This document shows, piece by piece, positions 1-8,328 of a stretch of DNA of 48,991 nucleotides. The DNA comes from Candidatus Eiseniibacteriota bacterium (lineage in GTDB: Bacteria; Eisenbacteria; RBG-16-71-46; CAIMUX01; VGJL01). Position numbers and translations under genes: made by a program. The DNA lies in the NCBI GenBank assembly GCA_041946735.1, contig JBHGAY010000035.1, positions 1-48,991 of the forward strand, written 5' to 3'. How positions within the stretch are numbered: position 1 is the stretch's first letter; every line of letters begins with the position of its first letter. The notes under the pieces are model-generated. The model was given only the letters and a program-made list of their open reading frames with translations. It had not been told where the DNA came from and made no database searches.

Positions 1-382
1 TGAGAACGCGGCGCATCTCCCGGCTTGCGGCGGAACGATCCGGGAAGAAGGAGAGCGCGTGCTGGCAGAGCACGAGGTCGAAGGAGCCGTCGGCAAAGGG
101 AAGATGCTCGGCGTCGCCTTCCTGCCAGAGGATCGCCGCTCCCTCGGGAGGCGCGAGCGCGCGAGCGAGGTCGAGCATCGGGGCGTTCATGTCGAGCCCG
201 ACGACGCGGCCGGTCGTCCCGACCAGCGGCGCCACCTCGCGGGCCACGACTCCGGTGCCACACGCGACATCGAGCACGCTCTCACCGGCGCCCGGTCGGG
301 CGTGGCGCAGCAGAGCCGCCGCCCAGGGGCGGAACATCGCCGGGACGAAGTACTCCTGGTACGTCTCGGCCGGCCTCTTCAT
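1..382 (-). CDS. Class I SAM-dependent methyltransferase (UbiE-like), 3' end runs off the window
   Basis: Not in the ORF track. Manual translation from ATG at 382 (overlapping the upstream stop as ATGA) gives MKRPAETYQEYFVPAMFRPWA...VLDVACGTGVVAR...VVGLDMN...WQEGDAEHLPFADGSFDLVLCQ, with motif I DxACGTG and the post-II motif LPFxDxSFD. Confidence 0.9.
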   Translation of the reverse strand, partial: MKRPAETYQEYFVPAMFRPWAAALLRHARPGAGESVLDVACGTGVVAREVAPLVGTTGRVVGLDMNAPMLDLARALAPPEGAAILWQEGDAEHLPFADGSFDLVLCQHALSFFPDRSAASREMRRVL

Positions 383-906
383 CGGGTCGTTTGCGGCGTC
401 TTCCGGGAGCCCCAGGTCAGGTACGGCTTGAACGCATCGGGAGCATCGGGCGGCGAAATCGCGAACCCCCCCTTCAGCTCGCCGGTATCGTCGAGCGCGT
501 AGCTCAGGCGGAAGCGAGGTTGTCCCGGAGCCGCTTCGCTCAGGAAGATCGCCTGCCCAGCGGCCGGCGACTGGACGAGGTAGCGGATGACATGCCCTTC
601 GCTGTCGTAGTAGTCGGCGCGCGCGCCGCCCGGAGCGGCGTAGATCGCCATCAGGTCGTCGTGGCGCGAGGCGGCCCGGCCTTCGGCCTCCGGATACTCC
701 GCATAGCTGTTCCGAAGGATGACGCGATCCTGCAGGCCGGTGGTGAAGGTGGCGGTCCCCGTGCCGAGTCCGGGCGCTCCGGAGCCTTCCGCCTGCCATT
801 CGCCGAGAAGGAACGCGAGCGGCTGAAGATCCGCGGGGACCGCTGCGAAGACGGTGGAGAGGGTCAGCGACAGAGCCGCCGCCGCGATCACGATCCTTGC
901 GACCAT
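379..906 (-). CDS. Secreted hypothetical protein, probable lipocalin/nitrobindin-like beta-barrel
   Basis: ATG at 906 preceded by GAGGAGG. Signal peptide MVARIVIAAAALSLTLSTVFA, then LxxLxFLLGEW and YYDSEGHVIRY motifs, rich in beta-strands. Confidence 0.7.
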   Translation of the reverse strand: MVARIVIAAAALSLTLSTVFAAVPADLQPLAFLLGEWQAEGSGAPGLGTGTATFTTGLQDRVILRNSYAEYPEAEGRAASRHDDLMAIYAAPGGARADYYDSEGHVIRYLVQSPAAGQAIFLSEAAPGQPRFRLSYALDDTGELKGGFAISPPDAPDAFKPYLTWGSRKTPQTTR

Positions 907-968
907 CGGCACCTCCTCGTGCGCTCCCAGTCGGTCATCCGTAGCTGAGGAAACACCCGCTGCTCCAT
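888..968 (-). pseudogene. Truncated VOC/glyoxalase (bleomycin-resistance-like) gene remnant
   Basis: GGGAGG RBS and ATG at 968 give MEQRVFPQLRMTDWERTRR, resembling the N-terminus of glyoxalase-superfamily proteins. The frame then runs into the next gene's RBS and stops after 26 aa. Confidence 0.5.
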
Positions 969-1176
969 GCGATCCTCCCGTGGATTCCTCCAGGCTCCGC
1001 CGATTTCTCCGCGGATTCCTTCGGCTGCGTGACCGAGGAGGATACGGACGCGGATGCGGCACGGGCAAGGGGCTTGCGAGGACCATCGCACCCGGCAACC
1101 CCCGCCGCGCACCCGCGCGCACACGCACACACGACCCGGCCTGGCCCGCCGCGCTCCGCGCACCTCCGCACCGGTT

Positions 1177-2364
1177 CTACAACCCCCCGTCGTAGATCCA
1201 GCGGCCGTACTCGTTGTCGTTGCGCAACGCCAGGTTCCTCTTCACGACGGTCCCGCTGGCGCCGTCGTATCGCACCTCGTACGGCACGTAAACGCCCGGG
1301 TAGCCCTCGGTGCGGAACGGCTCCCCGATCCGGATCAGCTCGAAGGGCCGGGCGCTCGCGAGCCAGTCGATCGTTCCCGCGCTCGCCCCGAAGATCCGCA
1401 AGGTCTCCACGTCCCCCGCGATCGCGGCTCGCCAGAAGCGCTCCGCGACCTCGCGCGGGCTGAGCGCGTCGATCTCCTTCGAGGCGGCTGCAAGCTGGTT
1501 CAGCCTCACTTCCGCGGGTAGATCGACCGTGAACCATGTCTCGTCGATCCCATCGAGGTACTCGACCTTCTCGAGCTGCGAATACAGCTTCCGCTCCCCC
1601 CCGGCGAAGACCCAGCGCGTGAATCCGGTGAGGCGATCGGTCGCGAGATCCCATCGGATCTCCGCCTCGCGCTCGTAGTCCTCGAAGAACGCGGGCGGGA
1701 GTCCCTTTCGCTCTGGAGCCGCCCAGTGCAGGAGCAGGATGCCGGATCCCTCCTTCTCCTCGCGGCGCACGATCCGCGCCGTCTGGTCCATCTCGACGAT
1801 CTTCTGCAGCCATGCCGCCGGCCAGAGGTACTCGTACTTCGGTTGTCCTCCCGCCGCGCGCCATGCATCGCGGGACTGCCGGAGCCAGTGCAGCGTCGTC
1901 TTGCCGTCGAAGGAGTAGAGGCGGTCGCGCGTCTCGACCCGCATCGCGCCGCGGTCCCCCTCGCCGCGCGGCCAGCGGATCCATGCTTCGACCTTCTCCG
2001 GCTCGCGGCTCAGGTCGACGAAGCTGAACTCCTCCCGCGGATCGGTGCGCGACGCCAGGACCAGATGCACCGCGGCGCTCTGTGAGGCTTGGACGATCGG
2101 GGCGAGTATGCCGGCGACACTCTCCTCGACGGCGGGCGGCGCGAGCAGCAGCGCGGCAAGCACGACGCACGCGACGGCGGCCACCGAGGCCGCGGCGAGC
2201 CAGAGTCTCGGCCTCCGACTGAAGCGGCCCTCTGCGGCGCTCCCCGCCGCGCTCTCCGCCCCACCCCCCGGGGGAGCGGCGCGCAGGATCCTCCGCTCCA
2301 GATCCGGCCCGGGGCTCGGGTCAGCGAGTTTTCGCAGCCGCTTCTCGACATCGTTCCCGAACAT
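1177..2364 (-). CDS. Putative anti-sigma factor: single TM helix with a large extracytoplasmic domain
   Basis: Overlaps the 3' end of the ECF sigma gene. Short N-terminal domain (PSPGPDLERRIL), TM segment LWLAAASVAAVACVVLAALLLA, then a beta-rich periplasmic region. Confidence 0.7.
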   Translation of the reverse strand: MFGNDVEKRLRKLADPSPGPDLERRILRAAPPGGGAESAAGSAAEGRFSRRPRLWLAAASVAAVACVVLAALLLAPPAVEESVAGILAPIVQASQSAAVHLVLASRTDPREEFSFVDLSREPEKVEAWIRWPRGEGDRGAMRVETRDRLYSFDGKTTLHWLRQSRDAWRAAGGQPKYEYLWPAAWLQKIVEMDQTARIVRREEKEGSGILLLHWAAPERKGLPPAFFEDYEREAEIRWDLATDRLTGFTRWVFAGGERKLYSQLEKVEYLDGIDETWFTVDLPAEVRLNQLAAASKEIDALSPREVAERFWRAAIAGDVETLRIFGASAGTIDWLASARPFELIRIGEPFRTEGYPGVYVPYEVRYDGASGTVVKRNLALRNDNEYGRWIYDGGL

Positions 2365-2908
2365 GATCCTCCTCCTTCCCCAGGGAGGCCCGCAGGCGCT
2401 CGAGGGCTCGATTCATGCGCGACTTCACCGTCCCGGCGGGGATCTCCAGCAGCGTCGCGATCTCGCGGAGCTTCAGATCCTGGAAGTAATGGAGCACGAC
2501 GATCTCGATCAGTTCCCGCTCCAGGGTGAGGACCGCGGCACGCAGCCGCTGATCCCGATCCGAGTCCTCGATCTGCTTGAGGAGATCGACGCCGGGGGAA
2601 GGGAGGGTGTCCAGCGTGCCGGGATCGGTCGCGATCGGATGGTTGCGGCGCCGGTGCTGCAGATGCTCGTTCCTTGCGATGCGGATCAGCCACGCCCGGG
2701 CGGAAGACGCATGTCGCAGCCTGTCGATCGATCGCCAGGCGCGCGTGTAGGTGTCGTGCGTGAGGTCTTCGGCCGTCGGACGGTCCGCGCCCATCCAGAT
2801 CAGGTAGGCATAGACCTTCACGTAGTGATCCCGGATGAGAGCGGCCGCACCCGCGGCCGGATCGTCCCGGTGCAGCACCCAGGCTCTCCAAGGCTCACGA
2901 AGCGGCAT
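2321..2908 (-). CDS. ECF-type RNA polymerase sigma-70 factor
   Basis: Region 2 (AEDLTHDTYTRAW...AWLIRIARN) and region 4 (LHYFQDLKLREIATLLEIPAGTVKSRMNRALERL). Confidence 0.95.
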   Translation of the reverse strand: MPLREPWRAWVLHRDDPAAGAAALIRDHYVKVYAYLIWMGADRPTAEDLTHDTYTRAWRSIDRLRHASSARAWLIRIARNEHLQHRRRNHPIATDPGTLDTLPSPGVDLLKQIEDSDRDQRLRAAVLTLERELIEIVVLHYFQDLKLREIATLLEIPAGTVKSRMNRALERLRASLGKEEDHVRERCREAAAKTR

Positions 2909-2914
2909 GTGGCA

Positions 2915-2943
2915 CCCTCCCGCGCTACGGATGCGCGGGAGGG
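2915..2943 (-). promoter_or_regulatory. 11-bp inverted repeat covering the ECF sigma RBS
   Basis: CCCTCCCGCGC-N7-GCGCGGGAGGG. On the minus strand the 3' arm contains the GGGAGG Shine-Dalgarno just before the ATG at 2908. Confidence 0.5.
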
Positions 2944-3019
2944 GGATCCGGTTCGCGCCTTTCTCCGGGTCCAGAGTGCAAGACGGCCGCGCGGCGCGGC
3001 TCTCCGTCCGCCACCTGCC

Positions 3020-4870
3020 TCATCTCGCCGGCGAGATCGGGCGACCCAGGGAGGTCGGCGCCGGCTCCTCGAACACGAGGTAGCCGAAGCGGGTCGGATC
3101 ATAGCCGATCGGGACCTGCCAGTCGGCGTTCGCGCCCCTCGACGGCTCCTTCCGGCGGAAGTTGACGCGCCAGCTCGTCCCGCTGCGCGGTGTCGCCGTC
3201 CCGAGCGTCTCGAACGGGATCCGGATCTCGGCCGACCATCCCTCGTCGTAGCGGATCGCCGCCGCCTGCAGATCGCCGTTCCACGCCATCCCCTGCCCCT
3301 CGTAGCTTGCGTCCGCCTCCCGCCATACGATCTCCGAGTCCATCACCGTCCCGGCGGGATTGACGTAGACCTGCAGGATCCGGCTCTTCTCGCCCTCCTC
3401 CGGGCACAGGAAGAAGCCGACGCAGTCGTCCTGGTGGACGGCGCCGTCGCGCTCCCTCGCGGCCGCTCGGATCGATCGCAGCTCGGCCTGCGTGCAGCGC
3501 GCCGCGAGATAGAGCGCATCGTCGTCGTAGCCGAAGCGGAAGCAGACCGGCTCGGCTGCCGACTCGACGCCGCCCTCTGATCCGAACGCCACCGCCTTGC
3601 CTGCGTGATCCCAGACCCGCTCGCGCGGGTCACCGTCGATCACCGGGCGGCCGTCCAGCCGCCCCGCCGTCTGCACGCGCAGCGCCGGCAGCGGGCGCTC
3701 GTAGTGATAGGTCCGTCCGGCGCGATACGGATACTCGAAGCGGACCTTCGGAAGCGGATAGAAGCTGCCGGTGCGCTGCACCGCGAACGCCACTCGCGCA
3801 TCCCCGCCCGGCGGGACGTCGATCTCCCGGCGATCGGGACTGAGCGTCCAGCCGGACGCCGGCTCCCACGCGATGGCCGCGCGCAGCGGCAAGCCGCTCG
3901 CCGCGACGTTGTGCACCTGCAGGATGCAGCGTCCCGCGGCCGCGTCGGTCTCACCGATCACGACCGGATCGAGAAGGACGATCCGCCTGTCGAGGTTCTC
4001 GCGGAACTTCAGGTCCTCGACGCGAATGTCTCCCGCCTGCCGCACACCGTCCCGACCGACGACGGTCCACGAGAGAGCATTCCCGTGCACCGTCCCCCAG
4101 ACCCACCCGTAGAAGGCGCCCCATTCGGGGTCGGGATCGATCGCCCCCCCGCTGCTGGGAACGATCGTGTAGTCGATCCCGTCGTAGCGGGCGCTGCCGT
4201 GCAGGTGGAAGTGACCGCTCCAGACAGCGTCGACGCCGTTGCCGCGGAAGATCTCGTGCAGCGGATCGGGCTTGCCCTCCGCGAGCGTCTCGTACCAGAA
4301 CGGCTTGTGAAGGACGACGACCGTGAGCCGGCTGCGCTGGCTGCCGCTCAGATCGCGCTCCAGCCATTCACGATGGCCGGGCGCCACCAGCCACTCCTCG
4401 CTCGACTCCCAGCGGCCGGTGTCGAGGAAGGTGAAGTGGACTCCGTCGTAGTCGAAGGAGTAGTTCGCCGCGTGGCCCTGGCGCTCCATCCAGACACGTT
4501 CCTGGACGTCGTTGCCGATGTCATTGTTGCCGGCGCAGGCGCGCACCGGTGGGGCGACCGCGGCGAGCGGGGCGAGGATCGAGTCGTAGGCGTCCCACCG
4601 CGTCTCGAGGACGGCGCGATCGTCGGTGTAGCCCTCGATCGCGTCGCCGACCGTCAGGATCACGTCGGGAGCGAAGGAGGCGACTTCGGCGACGATCGCC
4701 TCGTAGACGCCCGGCGTTGCGGAGCCGGTCCGGTCCCCGAGGATCGCGAAGCGGAAGTCGGGCGAGCCCCGCTCGGAAGGTGCCGCCGCGCCGCCCGCGG
4801 CAAAGGAAGCCGATGGCAGCAGGAGCGCCAGCAAGCTCGAGGGAACGAGAACGCGGGTTCTGACGGACAT
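3020..4870 (-). CDS. Secreted calcineurin-like metallophosphoesterase with a C-terminal CBM9/DOMON-like sugar-binding domain
   Basis: AAGGAGG RBS and ATG at 4870; signal peptide. Motifs GD, VGD, GNND, H, GHFH. The C-terminus PVIDG...W...YDDDALYLA...DDCV.FF...WSAEIRIPF..L...WRVNF.R is typical of CBM9_1-like domains. Confidence 0.85.
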   Translation of the reverse strand: MSVRTRVLVPSSLLALLLPSASFAAGGAAAPSERGSPDFRFAILGDRTGSATPGVYEAIVAEVASFAPDVILTVGDAIEGYTDDRAVLETRWDAYDSILAPLAAVAPPVRACAGNNDIGNDVQERVWMERQGHAANYSFDYDGVHFTFLDTGRWESSEEWLVAPGHREWLERDLSGSQRSRLTVVVLHKPFWYETLAEGKPDPLHEIFRGNGVDAVWSGHFHLHGSARYDGIDYTIVPSSGGAIDPDPEWGAFYGWVWGTVHGNALSWTVVGRDGVRQAGDIRVEDLKFRENLDRRIVLLDPVVIGETDAAAGRCILQVHNVAASGLPLRAAIAWEPASGWTLSPDRREIDVPPGGDARVAFAVQRTGSFYPLPKVRFEYPYRAGRTYHYERPLPALRVQTAGRLDGRPVIDGDPRERVWDHAGKAVAFGSEGGVESAAEPVCFRFGYDDDALYLAARCTQAELRSIRAAARERDGAVHQDDCVGFFLCPEEGEKSRILQVYVNPAGTVMDSEIVWREADASYEGQGMAWNGDLQAAAIRYDEGWSAEIRIPFETLGTATPRSGTSWRVNFRRKEPSRGANADWQVPIGYDPTRFGYLVFEEPAPTSLGRPISPAR

Positions 4871-5024
4871 GCGCGGCCTCCTTCCTTGCGGAGCGGCTGA
4901 AAGGTCCCTCCGCCGCGTGCCCGATTCACTGTGCGCTGCGCGACGATACGCCGGTCCGGCGGCTCGCTCAACCTCGGAGTCGGCTCCGGGGATGCGGCCC
5001 GCCGCTTCGTTGTGGATCCGCGTG

Positions 5025-5395
5025 CTTTTTCTCCATGGCGCATGCTGACGCGGGAGTGAGGGCCTCTTCGATTCGAGGGAGGGGATGTCCCGGCCGGGCT
5101 GGACGGCAACTCGATTCGAGGTGGCCCATGTTCCCGCAGGTCGAGGCGGCCCATGTTCCCGCAGGACTGAATGCTTCCTCGATTCGAAGCGTCGCATGTC
5201 CCCGCGGGAGCGGACGCTTCCTCGAATGGGCAGGGAGCTTTCCGCCGCGGGAAGATCACCCAGCCGAATGGGCGGGACCGGCTCTTCCGTGGGAAAGGGA
5301 CTCCTGCCTGGTCGGCAGCGCGGGCGTTCCCGAAGAACGCCCCCGGCGCCGAACCGGCGGCGCCGGCATTTCCCGCGCGGATGCCGCTCCCCGAT
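5025..5395. repeat. Degenerate non-coding tandem array, period 42-43 bp, with an internal 25-bp duplication
   Basis: Units start near 5025, 5068, 5111, 5179, 5222, 5264, 5307 and 5349. TCGATTCGA recurs at 5068, 5111 and 5179. 5116-5140 is duplicated at 5141-5165 with one mismatch. Confidence 0.65.
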
Positions 5396-5403
5396 CCGCC
5401 GGA

Positions 5404-6345
5404 CTAGCCGACGCGGGCGGCAGAGCCGTCGGCGAGCATCGCGTCGAGCTTCTTCAGCTCCTCGGAGCAGAAGGCGCGGAAGCCCTCATCTTCCACACGC
5501 GGGAGCGCGGCCGCCGCCGCGTCTCGCTCCTCGCGGGCCGCGCGCGGGTCGCCGAGCGCCAGCTGAGCGCGGGCCATCGCCTCCCGGGCGAAGAACAGCT
5601 CCCCCGGGTCGCTCCCGTTCGCCTCGACGATCCGCAGGCACTCCTGGGCGTGGCGGAGTCCCTCGCTCGCCAGGCCCGCGCGCAGATGACTCAACGCGAG
5701 GCGATACTCCGCGCGCTCGACCTGCATCCAGCCACCCGCGATCTCCCAGAAGCGGCGGCCGGTCTCGGCCGCGCGGAGCATGAGCGCGGTGCGCGCGTCG
5801 TCGAGCGAGGGAAGCTCCTCGAGCGCGCAGGAGAGATTGTTGCCGGTGACGGCGAGATCGCGCGCGGCGGGATCGTCGGCGCCCGGGCCGTATCCGTCCG
5901 CCAGCGCGAGCGCCTCGTCGAATGCGGCGGCAGCCTCGGCGACCCGTCCGTGCTGCGCCAGGGCCGACGCGGCGACGGCGAGCATCCGGATGCGGGTGGA
6001 CTCGGGCCGGATGCTGCCGCCCGGCTGGGCCACTGCAAGCCGCGCCTCCGCCGACTCCTTGCGATCGGCGCAGTAGTCGAGGACGGCTTGGAGCCGGCGC
6101 AGCCCCTTGCCTTCGAGCGTCCCGCCGGCGATCGCATCGAGCGCGGCGAGGCGATCGAGGAAGGCGATGCCATCGTCCCACAGTCCGAGATGCTCGCCGG
6201 AGACGTGGGTCGCGAGATTCGCGAGGGCGAAGATGCGCTGCGGCGTGTCGGCGAGGGCGATGCCCTGCGGCAGGCTCTGCCAGACGCCGGCCGCGTCGTC
6301 TCCATGGTCCTTCCAGCCTTGCGCGACGAACTCCTCGAGGGTCAT
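5404..6345 (-). CDS. TPR-like all-alpha hypothetical protein
   Basis: GGAGGAG RBS and ATG at 6345. Ala/Leu-rich helical repeats (ALAQHGRVAEAAAAFDEALALA; ERAEYRLALSHLRAG). Confidence 0.75.
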   Translation of the reverse strand: MTLEEFVAQGWKDHGDDAAGVWQSLPQGIALADTPQRIFALANLATHVSGEHLGLWDDGIAFLDRLAALDAIAGGTLEGKGLRRLQAVLDYCADRKESAEARLAVAQPGGSIRPESTRIRMLAVAASALAQHGRVAEAAAAFDEALALADGYGPGADDPAARDLAVTGNNLSCALEELPSLDDARTALMLRAAETGRRFWEIAGGWMQVERAEYRLALSHLRAGLASEGLRHAQECLRIVEANGSDPGELFFAREAMARAQLALGDPRAAREERDAAAAALPRVEDEGFRAFCSEELKKLDAMLADGSAARVG

Positions 6346-6514
6346 GCGCTCCTCCGTAGTGTGATTGCGAGAGATCCGGGCGCGGGCCCGGCGGGACCGG
6401 GGAGGATAGCAGATAGCGGACGGGCCGGCGGTTCCCATGCGGAACCGCCGGCCCGGGCAGCCGGAGAGCCATATCGCCGGCCGGCGTGTCTCGTCGTTTC
6501 GCCGGCCTGCGCGT

Positions 6515-8167
6515 CTATCGGATCTTGACGAGCCTGGTCACGTGTACGACATCCCCGTCCGAGGCGCCCGGCGCCTCGACCGTCATGCTGGTCCGCACCA
6601 TGTACGTGCCGGCCGGAGCGTCGTGTCCCGACGCGTCGCGGCCGTCCCATTCCAGTGGGGCATCGCCGTCGGCGCGCGCTAGCGTCCGCACGAGCCGCCC
6701 GGCGAGGTCGTAGATGTCGGCGCGGGCCGGGCCGGCGGCCGGCGCCACCAGCCGCACCGTCCCATGGAACGGAACCGGACCGGCGGACCATCCGGCGAGG
6801 GGCGGGTCCCAGCGCGCCTCGATCGGACCGAGGAAACCCCCGCCCGTCACATCGGTCTCGAGGAAGTACCGGACGAGCGCGTTGCGAGGCGCCTCCGAGT
6901 CGAACGTCTCCACGATCCCTTCGCTCGATGCGCTCACCCAGCCCGGCGCAACGGCAACGGCGTCTGCGCTCGGCACGAGGTCGCCAGGTCGCGCGGCCAC
7001 GTCACGCCACGCCCGATAGGAGGCTCCGCCCGCGCCGAGCGGGATCTCCCACCGGATTTGCAGCCCCTGCCGGAGCGAGGCGACGCTCCACGATTCGAGG
7101 AGAACGGCGACAGGCCCGCAGGGATTCGGCATGCAGGCTGTGCCCGGCCCCTCCCAGACGGCCGGCGCCGCGCATCCCATCTCGAGCGTCACGATGCAGG
7201 TTCCGTCGGGATGGCAGCAGGCGCCCGTGTTCACCGATCCGGCGTGGAGGCCGACGCTGTGCATGTGCCCGCCGCTCACTGCGGCGAAGCCCGTGTTGGG
7301 GGCAGGCGCGTCGCATTGCCCGTAGATGTTCCATCCCCATCCCACGATCGATCCGTCCGACTTGATCGCAAGCGAGTGGACGTCTCCCCCGTCCATCGAC
7401 ACGAAATCCCCGTTGGGCGGAGGGACGTCGCACTGGCCGAAGTCGTTCAGTCCCCAGACTGCCAGACCGCCGTCCGCCCGGAGGCCGAGACTGTGGTCTC
7501 GACCCGAGGCGAGCGCGACGAAGGCGTTTGGCTCAGGCGGGTCGCACTGTCCGTACGGATTCCATCCCCATCCGACGATCGTCCCGTCGGACTTCAGGCC
7601 GAGGCTGTGGTCCCCGCCCGCGGCGAGCGCGACGAAGTCTGCGTTGGGATCGGGCACGTCGCACTGCCCATAGGGATTCCAGCCCCACGTCGCGATGGAC
7701 CCGTCGGGCCGGAGCGCGAGGCCGTGCATCGCGCCGACCGACATGGCGACGAAGCCCGATTCCTCCGGCACGTCGCACTGTCCCTGCGCGTTGTATCCCC
7801 AGGCGACGATCGAGCCATCCGACTTCATTCCGGCGGTGAACGTATCGCCGGCGCCGACCGCCACGAAGTCGGCGTTCGGCTCCGGCACGTCGCACTGGCC
7901 GGCGACGTTCCATCCCCAGCAGACGATCGTGCCGTCGGATCTCAACGCGGCGTTGTGAAAGCCCCCGGCCGCGATCGCAGCGTAGTTCTCGTTCGGCAGC
8001 GGCACGTCGAGCTGGCCATGATCGTTCAATCCCCACGCGACGATCGAGCCGTCCTGCGCCCAGGCGGCGGCCGGGGTGAGGAAGACGACGGCAGCGAGCG
8101 GGAGCAGAAGCACGAGCAGAAGCGGAAGCGGGAGCGGGCAAGCAGAGGCGAGAATCGACGTCCTCAC
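6515..8167 (-). CDS. Secreted RCC1-repeat beta-propeller protein with a Cys-rich GACC module and a FlgD-Ig-like C-terminal domain
   Basis: AAGGAGG RBS and GTG at 8167; signal peptide. About seven repeats of H-S-x-x-L-x-x-DG-x-x-x-x-WG-x-N-x-x-GQCDVP. C-terminus IYDLAGRLVRTL...WDGRDASG...AGTYMVR. Confidence 0.9.
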   Translation of the reverse strand: MRTSILASACPLPLPLLLVLLLPLAAVVFLTPAAAWAQDGSIVAWGLNDHGQLDVPLPNENYAAIAAGGFHNAALRSDGTIVCWGWNVAGQCDVPEPNADFVAVGAGDTFTAGMKSDGSIVAWGYNAQGQCDVPEESGFVAMSVGAMHGLALRPDGSIATWGWNPYGQCDVPDPNADFVALAAGGDHSLGLKSDGTIVGWGWNPYGQCDPPEPNAFVALASGRDHSLGLRADGGLAVWGLNDFGQCDVPPPNGDFVSMDGGDVHSLAIKSDGSIVGWGWNIYGQCDAPAPNTGFAAVSGGHMHSVGLHAGSVNTGACCHPDGTCIVTLEMGCAAPAVWEGPGTACMPNPCGPVAVLLESWSVASLRQGLQIRWEIPLGAGGASYRAWRDVAARPGDLVPSADAVAVAPGWVSASSEGIVETFDSEAPRNALVRYFLETDVTGGGFLGPIEARWDPPLAGWSAGPVPFHGTVRLVAPAAGPARADIYDLAGRLVRTLARADGDAPLEWDGRDASGHDAPAGTYMVRTSMTVEAPGASDGDVVHVTRLVKIR

Positions 8168-8265
8168 GGCGGCCTCCTTCGATGCGTTCTCATTCGCCCC
8201 GATCGCAGGACGCGAGGCGACCGGGCCATCCGATCGCACGGGAGCAGGGGCGAGAAGCGCCTGCT

Positions 8266-8274
8266 ATTGTATCA
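8266..8274 (-). promoter_or_regulatory. Extended -10 sigma70-type promoter candidate for the RCC1 gene
   Basis: Minus-strand TGATACAAT (TGnTAnAAT) about 100 bp upstream of the start. Confidence 0.4.
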
Positions 8275-8328
8275 GAGCGCTTCCCGCCCCCGCCTCCTGC
8301 TTGTCAGGGCTTCCGCGAATCCGGCCGG

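Noticed and set aside
4871..5197. 109-aa N-terminal extension of the metallophosphoesterase
   Set aside because: A clear RBS and signal peptide begin at 4870; the extension merely reads through the non-coding repeat array.
5025..5395. Possible CRISPR array
   Set aside because: No invariant repeat with unique spacers, the whole unit is only 42-43 bp and degenerate, and there are no cas genes in the window.
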